Assembly (NCBI GenBank): GCA_963775315.1
Contig: CAVZIN010000007.1
Location: 393,193 to 457,192, forward strand
Source of the DNA: an uncultured Alphaproteobacteria bacterium
GTDB lineage: Bacteria; Pseudomonadota; Alphaproteobacteria; MPNO01; DASWLB01
Length of the DNA stretch: 64,000 nucleotides
Reading direction: 5' to 3'
A model generated the notes under the pieces. It saw only the letters and a list, made by a program, of their open reading frames with translations, ran no database searches and was not told where the DNA came from. Position numbers and translations under genes: made by a program. This document shows, piece by piece, positions 12,207 through 21,648 of the stretch. Position 1 is the stretch's first letter. Every line of letters begins with the position of its first letter.

Positions 12207-12368
12207 CGTGTCCGTCCCCTTGTATGGGCGCTGCGCGCCGGTTGGGACGAACTGTGGCTTCATCCCAAAATCGAGTCAAGGAGAGGGCGCGCGCCCCTTT
12301 GGCGTGGGTGCCGGGCAGGGCGCAACGATCGGTCGCAATAATTCGGGCAAGGGCCTATATACATCGCC

Positions 12369-13001
12369 ATGATCCGTTGGTTGGCCGTCCTTTCGGTAGT
12401 GATCCTGTCCGCGTCCGGCGCGGCGGCATCCGCGCAACAGCCGCAGGGGTCGCTCGGCTCCGGCCGGCTCAGCGCCCAGACCAGCGGCGCGCCCCTGCCG
12501 GCCGGCACGGCCATACAGGTGCTGCCCGGCCGTGGCGACGACGCGTTCGGGGACGAGCCGCTGCTCCAGGCTGCGCGCGCCGCGCTGGTGAGCGGGCTCC
12601 GCGAGCGCGGGTTCCGCATCGACAAGGCAGCCGAGATGCGGCTCACCCTCGCCGTGTCGAACGTCGGCTACAACTCCTATCGCGCCCCTTCGCAGCAATC
12701 GGCGGGCGCCAGCCCGGTGGGCCCGCGGCCGCATCCGATGGTGACGGACCAGTTCCGCGTCCCGTTCGAGGTCGAGGCCACCGGACGTCCCCCCAGTCTC
12801 GCCGCCACGTTGACGCTCTACTATACCGGCGGCGCGGTTCTGTGGACCGCCACGGTCAGCGCGACCGGCCGCTTCCCCGATCCCGACCGGACGCTGGCGA
12901 CGCTGGTTCGCGCGGCGCTCACCGCCCTCGGCACCTCGGCCGAGCGTTCGTTCGAGGTCGGCTGCACGAGCAAGACGCCGGACCGGCTCTGCGTCGACTG
13001 A
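12369..13001 (+). CDS. Hypothetical secreted protein
   Basis: ORF 12369..13001. N-terminal signal peptide (MIRWLAVLSVVILSASGAAASA). Moderate, non-repetitive composition. I recognise no family. Confidence 0.45.
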   Translation: MIRWLAVLSVVILSASGAAASAQQPQGSLGSGRLSAQTSGAPLPAGTAIQVLPGRGDDAFGDEPLLQAARAALVSGLRERGFRIDKAAEMRLTLAVSNVGYNSYRAPSQQSAGASPVGPRPHPMVTDQFRVPFEVEATGRPPSLAATLTLYYTGGAVLWTATVSATGRFPDPDRTLATLVRAALTALGTSAERSFEVGCTSKTPDRLCVD

Positions 13002-13025
13002 GCCGATCCGGGCGGCGGGCGGGCG

Positions 13026-14345
13026 CTATCCGGCGTTCATCAGGGCGGGCAGCCAGGTTACGGCGCCCGGAAGCACCATCAGGAACACCAGGACCGCGAT
13101 CTCCATCAGCGTGAACGGCAGGACCGCGCGATAGATGTGGTGCATGCGCGTGTCCGGCGGCGCGATCCCCTTCATGACGAACAGGATCATCCCGAAGGGC
13201 GGGGTCGTCTGGCTGACTTCGAGGCACAGCAGCATCAGCACGCCAAACCATATCGGGTCGAAATGGGCGAGCGAAACGAGGGGCAGGAAGAAGGGCAGGG
13301 TGATGAGCATGATGCTCACTGGGTCCATCAGGCAGCCGAGGAACAGCGTGACGCCCATCATCAGGAACAGCAGCTCGAACGGCGTCGGGTTGAGGTCGCG
13401 CACCGTCTGCAGGAGCCCGTTGGTCGCGCCCGAGAACGACAGGATCTGCGAGAAGGTGAGAGAGGCGCCGACGATGAAGAAGATCGGAACGGCGACGCTG
13501 CCGGTCTGCTTCAGGGCGCGCTTCAGCGCCGCCCAGGTGAGCTCGCGATAGGCGGCGCAGACCGCGACCGAGCCGAGCGCGCCGATCGCTGCCGATTCGG
13601 TCGGCGTCGCCCAGCCGAAGACGATCGAACCGATCACCAGCAGGAACAGCGAGAACAGCGGCACGACCCGGGTGAGGAACGGCTTCACCCGCTCGCGGAG
13701 CGGCGGGATCTCGAGTTCGTAGCGCGGTGCGATACCGGGGGACAGCGTGCAGCGGATCACGATGAACACGGTATAGACCAGCGCGATCAGGAGGCCGGGC
13801 ACCGCCCCGCCGATCAGGATGCCGCCGATCGAGATTCCGGAGAGGCTGCCCAGCAGCACCGCCATTCCCGAGGGCGGGATCAGCATCGCGATGCCGCCAG
13901 CCCCCATGATCGGACCCATCGCGAGGTCGCGGTGATAGCCGCGCCGGCGCATCTCGGGCATGATCGTCGACCCAAGGAGCGCCGTGTTCGCCATCGACGA
14001 GCCCGAGAGGGTGGCGAACACCGTGCCGCCCACGACCGCCACGAGGGCGAGCCGCCCCGGGACGTTCGCGATCAGCTTCTCCACCGCGTCGATGGCGCGG
14101 ATCGCGACGCCGGTCTGGAACAGGATCTCGCCCATCAGCACGAACATGATGACGGGCGCGAGCGAGTAGGTCGCCAGCGCCTCGACCATATTCTGGGCGA
14201 CCTGGGCGATCCCCGCGGCCCCGCCGAAGAAGATGACCGCGCCCACCAGGTTCGCGCCCAGGAAGGCGAGCGCGACCGGCACCGACAGGAACATCAGCGC
14301 CAGCGCGCCGCCGACCAGCAGCGCCATGGCCCAGTACCATTCCAT
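13026..14345 (-). CDS. dctM: TRAP transporter large permease subunit
   Basis: ORF 13026..14345 minus. 439 aa polytopic protein with the DctM pattern (MEWYWAMALLVGGALALMFLSVPVALAFLGANLVGAVIFFGG...). Confidence 0.9.
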   Translation of the reverse strand: MEWYWAMALLVGGALALMFLSVPVALAFLGANLVGAVIFFGGAAGIAQVAQNMVEALATYSLAPVIMFVLMGEILFQTGVAIRAIDAVEKLIANVPGRLALVAVVGGTVFATLSGSSMANTALLGSTIMPEMRRRGYHRDLAMGPIMGAGGIAMLIPPSGMAVLLGSLSGISIGGILIGGAVPGLLIALVYTVFIVIRCTLSPGIAPRYELEIPPLRERVKPFLTRVVPLFSLFLLVIGSIVFGWATPTESAAIGALGSVAVCAAYRELTWAALKRALKQTGSVAVPIFFIVGASLTFSQILSFSGATNGLLQTVRDLNPTPFELLFLMMGVTLFLGCLMDPVSIMLITLPFFLPLVSLAHFDPIWFGVLMLLCLEVSQTTPPFGMILFVMKGIAPPDTRMHHIYRAVLPFTLMEIAVLVFLMVLPGAVTWLPALMNAG

Positions 14346-14366
14346 GGCGATTCCCGTTCCTGGCGC

Positions 14367-14891
14367 TCAGATGCCGTCGTCGCGCGACGTGGCGCCGGCG
14401 CGCTGCACCTCGCCCGCCTGCCAGGTCGCGGCGAGCCGGCGTGCGAGCTCAATGGTGACGAACAGGAAGCCGATGGGAATGGCCGCAATTGGCAGCCATT
14501 CGGGCAAGGTGAACGATTTGTAGAGCTGCGTTCCCGAGCGCCAGACGTCATAGGTCGCCCCGGCCGCGAACCACAGGAAGATCGCCGACACCGCCGTCGC
14601 CAGCGTCTGGGCGAGGATGGTCACCCGCCACGCCCAGCGCGGCGGCAGCAGGTCAGTCGCGATGTCCACCGTGACGTGGCGGCCGAGCCTGGTGACGTGT
14701 CCGACGCCCGCCATGGCGAGGATCAGGATCGCGTACTCGATCACCTCGTTCATGCCGTAGATGCCGGCGGTGCCGGCATCGCGCAGCGCCACGTCCGCGC
14801 CGATCGCGACCGCGACCGCGCCGACGATCACACCCGGCAACAGGCCGAGCAGATCGATCAGCCGGTCGTAAGCCGCGATCAGCGCGCGCAT
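14367..14891 (-). CDS. dctQ: TRAP transporter small permease subunit
   Basis: ORF 14367..14891 minus. 174 aa, 4-TM DctQ-like. Lies between dctP and dctM. Confidence 0.85.
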   Translation of the reverse strand: MRALIAAYDRLIDLLGLLPGVIVGAVAVAIGADVALRDAGTAGIYGMNEVIEYAILILAMAGVGHVTRLGRHVTVDIATDLLPPRWAWRVTILAQTLATAVSAIFLWFAAGATYDVWRSGTQLYKSFTLPEWLPIAAIPIGFLFVTIELARRLAATWQAGEVQRAGATSRDDGI

Positions 14892-14919
14892 GTTAACCGT
14901 CCGTCCGGCCGCCGCTATA

Positions 14920-15891
14920 CTAGTTCGACAGCAGCTTCTCGAGCTTCGGCCCGTTCACCGGATCGCGCTTGTTGACCTCGGCCCAGAGCGAATCGTGCGC
15001 GAGCTTGTGGAAGGTCTTGGCGTCGGCCGGCGAGAGGTCGATGGTCTTCACGCCTTCCTTGTCGAGCTCCGCGCCCATCGCCTCGTCCTCGGCGAGCACC
15101 TTGGGCCCGCGCACCGACCACAGCCACTCCATGTTCTTGTCGAGAAGCCCCTTCTGAGCCGCGTCGAGCGAGTTCCAGGTCTTCAAGTTCATGAAGTAGG
15201 CGAGCGAGGCGTCGTAGAAACCGGGCTCGATGCGGTACTTGGTGACCGGGATCCAGCCCGACAGCTTGATCTGGTTGTTGACGTTGCCGTAGCCCTTGAC
15301 GATGCCGCGCTGCATCGCGTCGAACGTGTCGGTCAGCGGCAGCATCACCGGCTGGGCCCCCAGCGCGTCGAACAGCGGCTTGTAGGTGCCGGACGAGCGG
15401 AGCCGCAGCCCCTTGAAGTCGGCGAGCGTCTTGACGGGCACGTTGGTGAACACGCGATAGTGGATGCCGGCGCCGTCCTGGCCCAGGAAGTGGATGTTCG
15501 ACTTGTTGAGCTGGCTCTCGAGCAGCGCATAGGCGCCGTTCTTCACCTGCTCGTGGATCGGCACCTCGGCGGCGGCGAGCCCGGTGACAATCGGCGCCAA
15601 GCGCTGGACGTAAGAGGCCGGCACGACGGCGATGTCGACGATGCCGTTCTTCACGGCATTGGCCATCTGCGGCGTCGGGATCGCGGCCGGTCCGAGGATG
15701 GGAAGCTGGATCTGCAGCACGCCCTTGCCCTCGTCGTTCACCTTGGCGACGAAATCCTTGAGGGCGAGGTAGATCACCGAATCGACGGTGTTGAAGGCGA
15801 GCAGCTTGACGGTCCGCTCGGCCGCCGAGGCGGGACCGGCCAGCGCCATTGCCGCCGCGCCGCAGAGCAGCGGAAGCCATTTCTTCATCAT
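14920..15891 (-). CDS. dctP: TRAP transporter substrate-binding protein
   Basis: ORF 14920..16059 minus. Start placed at MMKKWLPLLCGAAAMALAGPASA (signal peptide). DctP family. First gene of the dctPQM operon. Confidence 0.85.
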   Translation of the reverse strand: MMKKWLPLLCGAAAMALAGPASAAERTVKLLAFNTVDSVIYLALKDFVAKVNDEGKGVLQIQLPILGPAAIPTPQMANAVKNGIVDIAVVPASYVQRLAPIVTGLAAAEVPIHEQVKNGAYALLESQLNKSNIHFLGQDGAGIHYRVFTNVPVKTLADFKGLRLRSSGTYKPLFDALGAQPVMLPLTDTFDAMQRGIVKGYGNVNNQIKLSGWIPVTKYRIEPGFYDASLAYFMNLKTWNSLDAAQKGLLDKNMEWLWSVRGPKVLAEDEAMGAELDKEGVKTIDLSPADAKTFHKLAHDSLWAEVNKRDPVNGPKLEKLLSN

Positions 15892-15919
15892 ATCCTCCCT
15901 GATCGCCGCGTCCGCGAAC

Positions 15920-15939
15920 GCGGCACGCAATTGCGCCGC
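15920..15939. promoter_or_regulatory. Palindrome GCGGCACGCAATTGCGCCGC upstream of dctP (candidate operator)
   Basis: Near-perfect 20-bp inverted repeat with a perfect core CGCAATTGCG. It sits about 30 bp upstream of the dctP start, in the dctP/MFS divergent intergenic region. Confidence 0.3.
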
Positions 15940-16113
15940 AGGATGATGTGCGTCGAGCGGACCTGTCAATTGCCGCGCGCGTCCTCTGCCATCGCGCGCC
16001 GCGCCGAAACGCGCTATAGCGGGCGGCCGCCGCGCAAGGGACCGATCCGCCATGCCCATCCGATCCGGCTTCGTTGCCCGCGCCCTCGCCGCGCGGGACG
16101 GGCGCTAGCGCCG

Positions 16114-17355
16114 GTGCCGCAGCCCGGCCAGCCGCGCGCGCCCGGGCGGCTGTTCGCCGTCGCGCTGGCGTCGATCACCGTAATCGGCCCGCTCGCGGTA
16201 CATCTGTTCCTGCCGGCGATGCCGGCGGTGAAGCGGGATTTCGCGGTCTCCGAGTTGGTGGCGCAGCTCACCCTCAGCGTGCCGCTGTTCGGCATGGCGT
16301 TCCTCACTCTCGCTTACGGCTCGCTCTCGGACCGCTACGGAAGGCGCCCGACGCTGCTGTGGGGGATGGGGCTGTTCCTTGCCGGCACGGTTGCGTCGCT
16401 GATCGCGCAGAGCATCTGGCTGTTCATTGCCGGGCGGCTGTTGCAGGCGGCCGGGGCGGCGGCGGGGACGGCGCTGTCGCGCGCCATTGCCCGCGACGCC
16501 TATGGCGAGGACAGGCTGGTCAAGGCGATCGCCTACCTGACGATGGCCTACACGATCGGGCCGATGGTGGCGCCGCCGCTCGGCGGCGCGCTGGTCGATC
16601 ATTTCGGCTGGCGCGCCCTCTTCCTGCTGGCCCTGGGGGCGGGCGTGCTTGTCACGGTGCTCGCTTGGTTCGTGATCTACGAGACGCACCGCCCGAAGCG
16701 CGCGGTCGGCGAGGCGCTGTCGGTCGCGGCGAGCTACGTTCGGCTCTTCTCCAGCGCGCGCTTCACCGGCTTCGTCTGCCAGTCCGGCTTCTCGTCCGGC
16801 GCCTTCTTCGCGATCGCCGTGTCGGCGACCTACCTGATGCGCGACACGCTGCACCGGTCCGCGACCGAGTACGGGCTGTTCTTCCTCGGCATGCCGCTCG
16901 CCTTTACCTGCGGCACGTTCCTGGCCGGCCGGCTGTCGGGCCGGGCGGGAATCGAGAATATGGTGCTGACCGGCTCGCTGGTCTCGATCGTCGCCGTGTT
17001 CGTCCAGGCGGCGCTGGTGGTCGGGGGGCGGCTCGACCCCTACGTGATTTTCGTGCCGGGAATGGTGGTGACCTTCTCGCAGGGGATCGCGCTGCCCAAC
17101 GCGCAGGCCGGCGCGATCCGCGTCGTGCCGCACCTCGCCGGGACGGCCGCAGGGATCGGCTCGTTCATGTCGCTGTTCTTCGCGGCCGTCCTGACCGAGC
17201 TGGTGGGCGTGTTCGCGGACGGCACGCCCTACCCGATGGTGGCGCTCGCCTCGGCCTCGGCGACGCTGATGCTGATCGCGGGCGCGACGCCGTTCGTGCT
17301 CGCAAGGCGCGGCTGGGCGCGGCTCACGCCTTCCAGTCCACCTTCGCCCCGATGA
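16114..17355 (+). CDS. MFS transporter (Bcr/CflA drug-efflux-like)
   Basis: C-terminal 2/3 of the frame of ORF 14890..17355. 12-TM MFS with motifs LFAVALASITVIGPLAVHLFLPAMP and GSLSDRYGRRPTLL. Probable GTG start near 16114. The upstream 400 codons of the ORF are filler antisense to dctP. Confidence 0.75.
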   Translation: MPQPGQPRAPGRLFAVALASITVIGPLAVHLFLPAMPAVKRDFAVSELVAQLTLSVPLFGMAFLTLAYGSLSDRYGRRPTLLWGMGLFLAGTVASLIAQSIWLFIAGRLLQAAGAAAGTALSRAIARDAYGEDRLVKAIAYLTMAYTIGPMVAPPLGGALVDHFGWRALFLLALGAGVLVTVLAWFVIYETHRPKRAVGEALSVAASYVRLFSSARFTGFVCQSGFSSGAFFAIAVSATYLMRDTLHRSATEYGLFFLGMPLAFTCGTFLAGRLSGRAGIENMVLTGSLVSIVAVFVQAALVVGGRLDPYVIFVPGMVVTFSQGIALPNAQAGAIRVVPHLAGTAAGIGSFMSLFFAAVLTELVGVFADGTPYPMVALASASATLMLIAGATPFVLARRGWARLTPSSPPSPR

Positions 17356-17860
17356 GGATGAAGGCGATGGTGCAAGGCGCGTCGCCGCGGTTCGCCCAGG
17401 CATGGTTGCACGCGCCCTGGACCACCACGTCGCCGGCCTTGAGGTGCACCTCGTCCTCGTCCACCAGCATGTCGATCTCGCCAGAGAGGATGAGAGCGTA
17501 GTCGATCGAATGCGTCCGGTGCATGCCGGGGTGCTTGCCCTTGCCGAGCCGTCCGACCTCGACGCCGGTCGAACCGCGATGCGCGTCGGCGTCCGCCTCG
17601 CTGCGCGGCGGGTAGCTCTTCTCCGGCGGGATTTCCAGGATGCGGAAGATCGAGCCGGCGAGCGGCGGGTTGGTGCCCGTGATTTTCGCGGTGGGATCCG
17701 CCGTGCCCGGCAGATCGGCCGCCTCCTCCATGAACCAGATCTGCTGCGAGCGCGCGCCGGTGCGCGGGCGCACCTGCTCCTCCGGCACGTCGTCCCGCAG
17801 GATCACCGCCTTCCCGGCCGCGTCGTGACCGGTCACGACGCGGCGCACGTTGAGGGTCAT
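17324..17860 (-). CDS. Cupin domain protein (paralog A)
   Basis: ORF 17324..17860 minus. Conserved cupin C-terminus (..HPGMHRTHSIDYALILSGEIDMLVDE..VHLKAGDVVVQGACNHAWANRGD.PCTIAFILIGAK). Tandem paralog of the next gene. Confidence 0.7.
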   Translation of the reverse strand: MTLNVRRVVTGHDAAGKAVILRDDVPEEQVRPRTGARSQQIWFMEEAADLPGTADPTAKITGTNPPLAGSIFRILEIPPEKSYPPRSEADADAHRGSTGVEVGRLGKGKHPGMHRTHSIDYALILSGEIDMLVDEDEVHLKAGDVVVQGACNHAWANRGDAPCTIAFILIGAKVDWKA

Positions 17861-17911
17861 GTCATGCTCCGATCTCGCGGCCCCGGGCCGCTCCCTTCAT
17901 CTAGACCCGGC

Positions 17912-18451
17912 TCAGTAGCCCTGACCCGCCCACGGCACCTTGGCGCCGATCAGGATGAAGGCGATCGTGCAGGGCTTGTCGCCGCGGTTCGCCCAGGCGT
18001 GGTTGCAGGCGCCCTGGACGACGACGTCGCCCTTCTTCAGATGCACCTCCTTGTTGTCGTCGACCAGCATGTCGATCTCGCCGTCGAGGACGAGCGCGTA
18101 GTCGATCGATTCGGTGCGGTGCATGCCGGGGTGGCGCGCCTCGGGCCCGCCGAGCGACACGCCCATCGATTTGCGATGTTCGGCCGCGTTGGCGACGTGC
18201 GGGGCGGTCTTGTCCGGGGGGAACTCGATGATGCGGAAGATCGAGCCGTCCAAGGGCGGCGGCACCTTGGCGATCTTCTTCGCCGTGTCCTCGGTGGTCA
18301 TCACCGCCGGGGTCGTGTCGGTCATCCAGACATTGACGGTCTGGCTGCCGCCCGGGGCCCGCTGGATCACCGGCGGATGGTCGTCGATCGCGATGATCGC
18401 CTTGCCGTTCTTGTCGTCGGCCGAAACGACCCGTCGGACGGAGAGTGCCAT
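17912..18451 (-). CDS. Cupin domain protein (paralog B)
   Basis: ORF 17912..18451 minus. About 55-60% identical to paralog A over the full length. The C-terminal cupin barrel is nearly identical. Confidence 0.7.
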   Translation of the reverse strand: MALSVRRVVSADDKNGKAIIAIDDHPPVIQRAPGGSQTVNVWMTDTTPAVMTTEDTAKKIAKVPPPLDGSIFRIIEFPPDKTAPHVANAAEHRKSMGVSLGGPEARHPGMHRTESIDYALVLDGEIDMLVDDNKEVHLKKGDVVVQGACNHAWANRGDKPCTIAFILIGAKVPWAGQGY

Positions 18452-18611
18452 GTTCGTTCCCTTCCCTAGCCTCGCTGCGCCCCTGGCGCGCTGGCCGGAG
18501 TGAACCGGAACCGCGCGCCCGGGTCAATCGGGATGGGAAGGGTAGACTGCACGGGCCGGGGACGAGTGCGATGGACCGGCGTGGCAGGGTCCGGTATGGT
18601 CGGCGCGACAC

Positions 18612-20316
18612 ATGGACGGCTCGGCCACGCTGGGGGAACGCGCTGTGGTGAAGCTCGGCTCGATGGGCACTGCGGACGAGCGCAACCGCATTTGCCGCAT
18701 CGCCCTCGGTACGGCGCTTTGGGGCGCGCTGGCAGCATCCGTCCTGGCCGTGCCGCTCACCGGCTACCTGCTCGGAACGTTCCATTATACCCATGATTGG
18801 GGCGCCGCTCATGGGGCCGTGGTGGCCCGGAACTTCTGGCATTTCGGCATCGCGCAGCTCGGCGGGTTGCCGTATCACAACAATCCGCCCTTCACGAACC
18901 CGCCGGACGTTTATCTGAATTGGCCGCCGCTCGGAACGATCCTACTTGCGCTGGCCTATATCGATCGGCGGCCCCACGGTCCTAACGACGCATATGTACG
19001 GCGCAGCCATTCACCTGGCGATCGCCGGGCTCGTGTTCTGGATCGTGGACCGGGCGCGGGACCGCGTCTCGGCGGCGGTCGCGACCATCGTCTACCTCAA
19101 CGCCCCGCTAGTGGCGCGCTACGGCCATCTCGATCTCGGCCATTCGGCCCTGCTGTTTTGCATGCTGGCGCTTTGGTGCGTAGCGCGCGCAGCGGATGAG
19201 ACAGCCAGCCCGCAGGCCAAATTCCGGCTGAATGCGATCGGGGCCGTCTCGTTCGCGCTGGCCGAGCTTTGCACCTGGGAACCGGTCCTCGCGGTGCCGG
19301 GAATTGCGGCTTACGCCCTCCTGGCCCGCGACCGGCGCCTGTTCCGGTCGGCGATACTATTGGGAATTGCGGGAACGGTCGCCGTGGCGGCTGTCTTTGC
19401 TCTCTACGCCAGCCAGTCGCACGATTTCCTTGCTCGCATCTTGCTGCGAATCGTATATCGCGCCGGGTTCGGCAATCCGTACGGCGGCGACACGTCGCTG
19501 ATGGCGTCGCCCTATCTGATCTACGAGCTGGATACGGTCCAGCAGGGATGGTCAATACCCGTCTACATCTTCGACGTGTTCATTCTGCGGCTTTCCGTGC
19601 TCGGCCCCGTCGCAGTCTTCGGCTTGATCCTTGCCCTGTTTGCGCGGGCCTGGCTTTGGCGCGGCACCGGCCGCGTGATCCCCATCGTCTGTGTTGGGCT
19701 TGGGAGCATCTACGTGCTCTGGGCGATCGTCATGCGCAGCCAGATGGAAGGGCACGAATTCGAGGCCCGATTTATCACGCCTCTGGCTGCGCTTTGCGTT
19801 GGGCAACTCGTCTGGCGGCTCAGGACGATGACGTGGCCCTCCATAGCGGATTTGCGCCGAGGCGGTGGCGTCCTCGCCGTCGCCGTGTGCGTCGCGATTC
19901 CCGCTGTCGCGATGGTGTCGCGATCCTGGGATACGATCGATTTGATCCGGTACAACCGCGAGGGGCCGGTACGCGACATCGAGTTTCCGAAGGCGATCGC
20001 AAAAATTACGCCGCCCGACGCTATCGTGACTTATCCCGACGTCACTTACGTCCCGGTTTACTATATGAATCGGCACATCGTTCGCGGCATCGCCGACGAT
20101 AAGACCCTTGCTAAATATCGGAGCGCGATCGAGGCGCTTTGCCGCGACTGCCCGATCTACGTGGCGGTACCGAAGGGCGACATCGACAAGTTTTCCGGCC
20201 TCGATGTCGAAAGGAATGGAAAACCGGTCCCTCCCTGGGGGTGGATCGTGCCGTTGCGCACCTTCCCTCCGAAGGGTGTCGCCGCTCCCGCGCCGGCGAT
20301 TGGCAAGCCGGGCTAG
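18612..20316 (+). pseudogene. GT-C fold membrane glycosyltransferase (PMT_2/ArnT/YkcB-like), apparently disrupted by a frameshift near 18955-18965
   Basis: ORF 18612..19199 (frame 0) contains the hallmark loop-1 region ..FHYTHDWGAAHG..NWPPLGTILLALAY, then becomes Arg/Pro-rich filler. ORF 18946..20316 (frame +1) continues sensibly straight after (SIGGPTVLTTHMYGAAIHLAIAGLVFWIVDRA... with many TM helices and a C-terminal periplasmic domain). The two halves abut within a few codons. Confidence 0.55.
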
Positions 20317-20385
20317 CCGCGTGGCGCGGCTGGCGGGAGGAAGGGAACGTATGGCGCGGCGTCTTGTCGGGCGCGTGTGCGTCGC

Positions 20386-21648
20386 ATGACGATCCGGCTA
20401 CTCGTTACCACCACGACCTTTCCGTCGTTCGTGCCGGGGCACGTGACGCCGCCCTTCGTTTATGAGCTGTCGCGCCATCTGGCGCAACATCCCGATTTCG
20501 AGCTGATCGTGTCCACGCCGCACATCCGCGGTGCGGCGAGTTGCGAGGCTCGCGACGGGATGCGAATTCGTCGCTTCCGCTACGGCTTCGCCGCACTGTG
20601 TGACGGGGCAATCCTGCCCAACATCCGCAATAATCGTTGGCTCCTCGCCGAAGTCCCGTTCCTCCTCGCGTTCGCCTTCTTCGACTTGGTTCGCACGATC
20701 CGTCGCGAGCGTATCGATGTGGTTCATGCCCATTGGATCATCCCGCAGGGGTTGATCGCGGTCGCGGCCAAGATATTGCTGCGCGGCCGGCCGCTTCGTA
20801 TCATCTGCACGAGCCATGGCGCCGATGTCTACGGCCTTCGCTCGCTCGCACCGCTGAAGCGCTGGATCCTGGCGCATTGCGACCGCGCGACCGTGGTGTC
20901 GACACAGATGAAGGCAGAGCTGGAGCGTATCGGCGTGTGCATGCCGGGCCCGATCGAGGTCATCTCAATGGGCGTCGACAGCGACCGCTTTGCCCCCGGG
21001 CGCGCTGACGCCGCGCTGCGCCGGCGGTTCGGCATCGACGGCCCGTTCATCCTGTTCGTGGGTCGGCTGGCCGAAAAGAAGGGCGTGCGCTACTTGCTCG
21101 AGGCGATGCCGCCGGTCATCGGCGCGTTCCCGGCGGCCCGGCTGCTGGTTGTGGGCGACGGACCCGAGAAGGCGGCGCTGATGCGCAAGTCGCAGGAACT
21201 TGGCCTCTCCGACCGGGTCGTTTTCGCTGGCGCGGTGCCCAACGACGAGCTTCCGGCCTATTACGCCAGCGCCGACGTATTCGTCGGGCCCAGCATCGTG
21301 GCGCGCGACGGCGACCGCGAGGGCATGCCTGTCGCCTTTGTCGAGGCGATGTCGGCGAGCTGCGTCGTCGTTTCGACGGACCTTCCGGGGATCGAGGACC
21401 TGATCGCCGATGGCGTGTCGGGGTTCGTGGTGCGTCAGGCGGATGCCGGCGAGATCGCCGACCGGCTGCTGCAGGTGCTCGCCGCGCCCGAGCGGCTCGA
21501 CGCAATGAAGCGGCGGGCCCGCGAGGTGGTGGTCGCCCAGTTCGACTGGCGGGTCATCGCCGCCCGCTTCGCCGACGTGCTACGCGCCGCCTATTATTCG
21601 GGCGCGCCCGGCTTTCGGCCTACGAAGCAAAATGCGCCTGAGAACTGA
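20386..21648 (+). CDS. Glycosyltransferase family 4 (GT-B)
   Basis: ORF 20377..21648. GT4 signatures (..ILFVGRLAEKKGVRYLLEAM...VVGDGPEKAAL...EGMPVAFVEAMSASCVVVSTDLPGIEDLI..). Confidence 0.85.
   Translation: MTIRLLVTTTTFPSFVPGHVTPPFVYELSRHLAQHPDFELIVSTPHIRGAASCEARDGMRIRRFRYGFAALCDGAILPNIRNNRWLLAEVPFLLAFAFFDLVRTIRRERIDVVHAHWIIPQGLIAVAAKILLRGRPLRIICTSHGADVYGLRSLAPLKRWILAHCDRATVVSTQMKAELERIGVCMPGPIEVISMGVDSDRFAPGRADAALRRRFGIDGPFILFVGRLAEKKGVRYLLEAMPPVIGAFPAARLLVVGDGPEKAALMRKSQELGLSDRVVFAGAVPNDELPAYYASADVFVGPSIVARDGDREGMPVAFVEAMSASCVVVSTDLPGIEDLIADGVSGFVVRQADAGEIADRLLQVLAAPERLDAMKRRAREVVVAQFDWRVIAARFADVLRAAYYSGAPGFRPTKQNAPEN

Noticed and set aside
10966-12279. 437-aa minus-strand ORF spanning the whole orphan dctP-like gene
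   Set aside because: Apart from its last ~65 codons (LLM-like remnant, reported separately), the translation is Arg/Gly/Asp-rich filler in a frame overlapping the well-supported SBP gene.
14890-16113. N-terminal 400 codons of the 821-aa ORF 14890..17355
   Set aside because: Only the last ~414 codons show MFS topology and motifs. The upstream part is antisense to dctP and has biased composition. The gene start was moved to an internal GTG.
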